Origin: Squalus acanthias
Lineage: Eukaryota
NCBI GenBank assembly: GCA_030390025.1
Contig: CM059432.1
Location: 148,244,001 to 148,308,000, forward strand
Direction of reading: 5' to 3'
DNA length: 64,000 nucleotides
The position numbers and the translations under genes are program-made. The notes below the pieces were generated by a model that was given only the letters and a program-made list of their open reading frames with translations, did no database searches and was not told the DNA's origin. Of the stretch, positions 63,674 to 64,000 are shown piece after piece. Position 1 is the first letter of the stretch; each line of letters begins with the position of its first letter.

Positions 63674-64000
63674 AATGAATATTTTAAAAATGCATTTCAC
63701 AATGACATGATTAAACTAATCTGCAGAATTCTTTTTTGTGCCTTGCATTACCTTTATTAACATTTTTGTTTGGAGGCCCCAGCTAATCTCCAAAGCCTGG
63801 GATTGGGTTTGATGTTCTTGCCACAATTATTACTCTGTCAGCTGAAGGGAGTTATTAACTGATCCCATGCCTGCCATTCCCTGAATTCTGTAGTTTGAGC
63901 ATGTGCACTGCAGAGAATATCCCAAGGTACATCAATATGATTCTTTCAGTCATGCTGCATGCTGTTCTTCAGCTGGTAACAGAGTTTATCCATTTATTGA

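Overview
Eukaryotic, repeat-saturated DNA, most consistent with a cartilaginous fish (shark/ray): it carries HER1/CR1-type LINEs, an HE1-like V-SINE and SacSINE1-like Deu-domain SINEs. I cannot identify any host protein-coding gene. The window is a nested transposon landscape. It holds one near-full-length CR1 LINE plus many 3' fragments, L2, RTE and Tx1/L1 fragments, four decayed PIF/Harbinger elements (HARBI1-like DDE transposase facing a Myb/SANT gene), many Harbinger-type MITEs, two or three solo LTRs, and a 34-bp minisatellite with a 444-bp higher-order duplication. The most striking signal is two families of short Penelope-like (GIY-YIG) retroelement copies. Both carry minimal type-I hammerhead ribozyme motifs with a palindromic helix III and often sit between 10-23 bp target-site duplications, and several have inverted (fold-back) ends. 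All calls come from reading the sequence by eye. Boundaries without a TSD are approximate.
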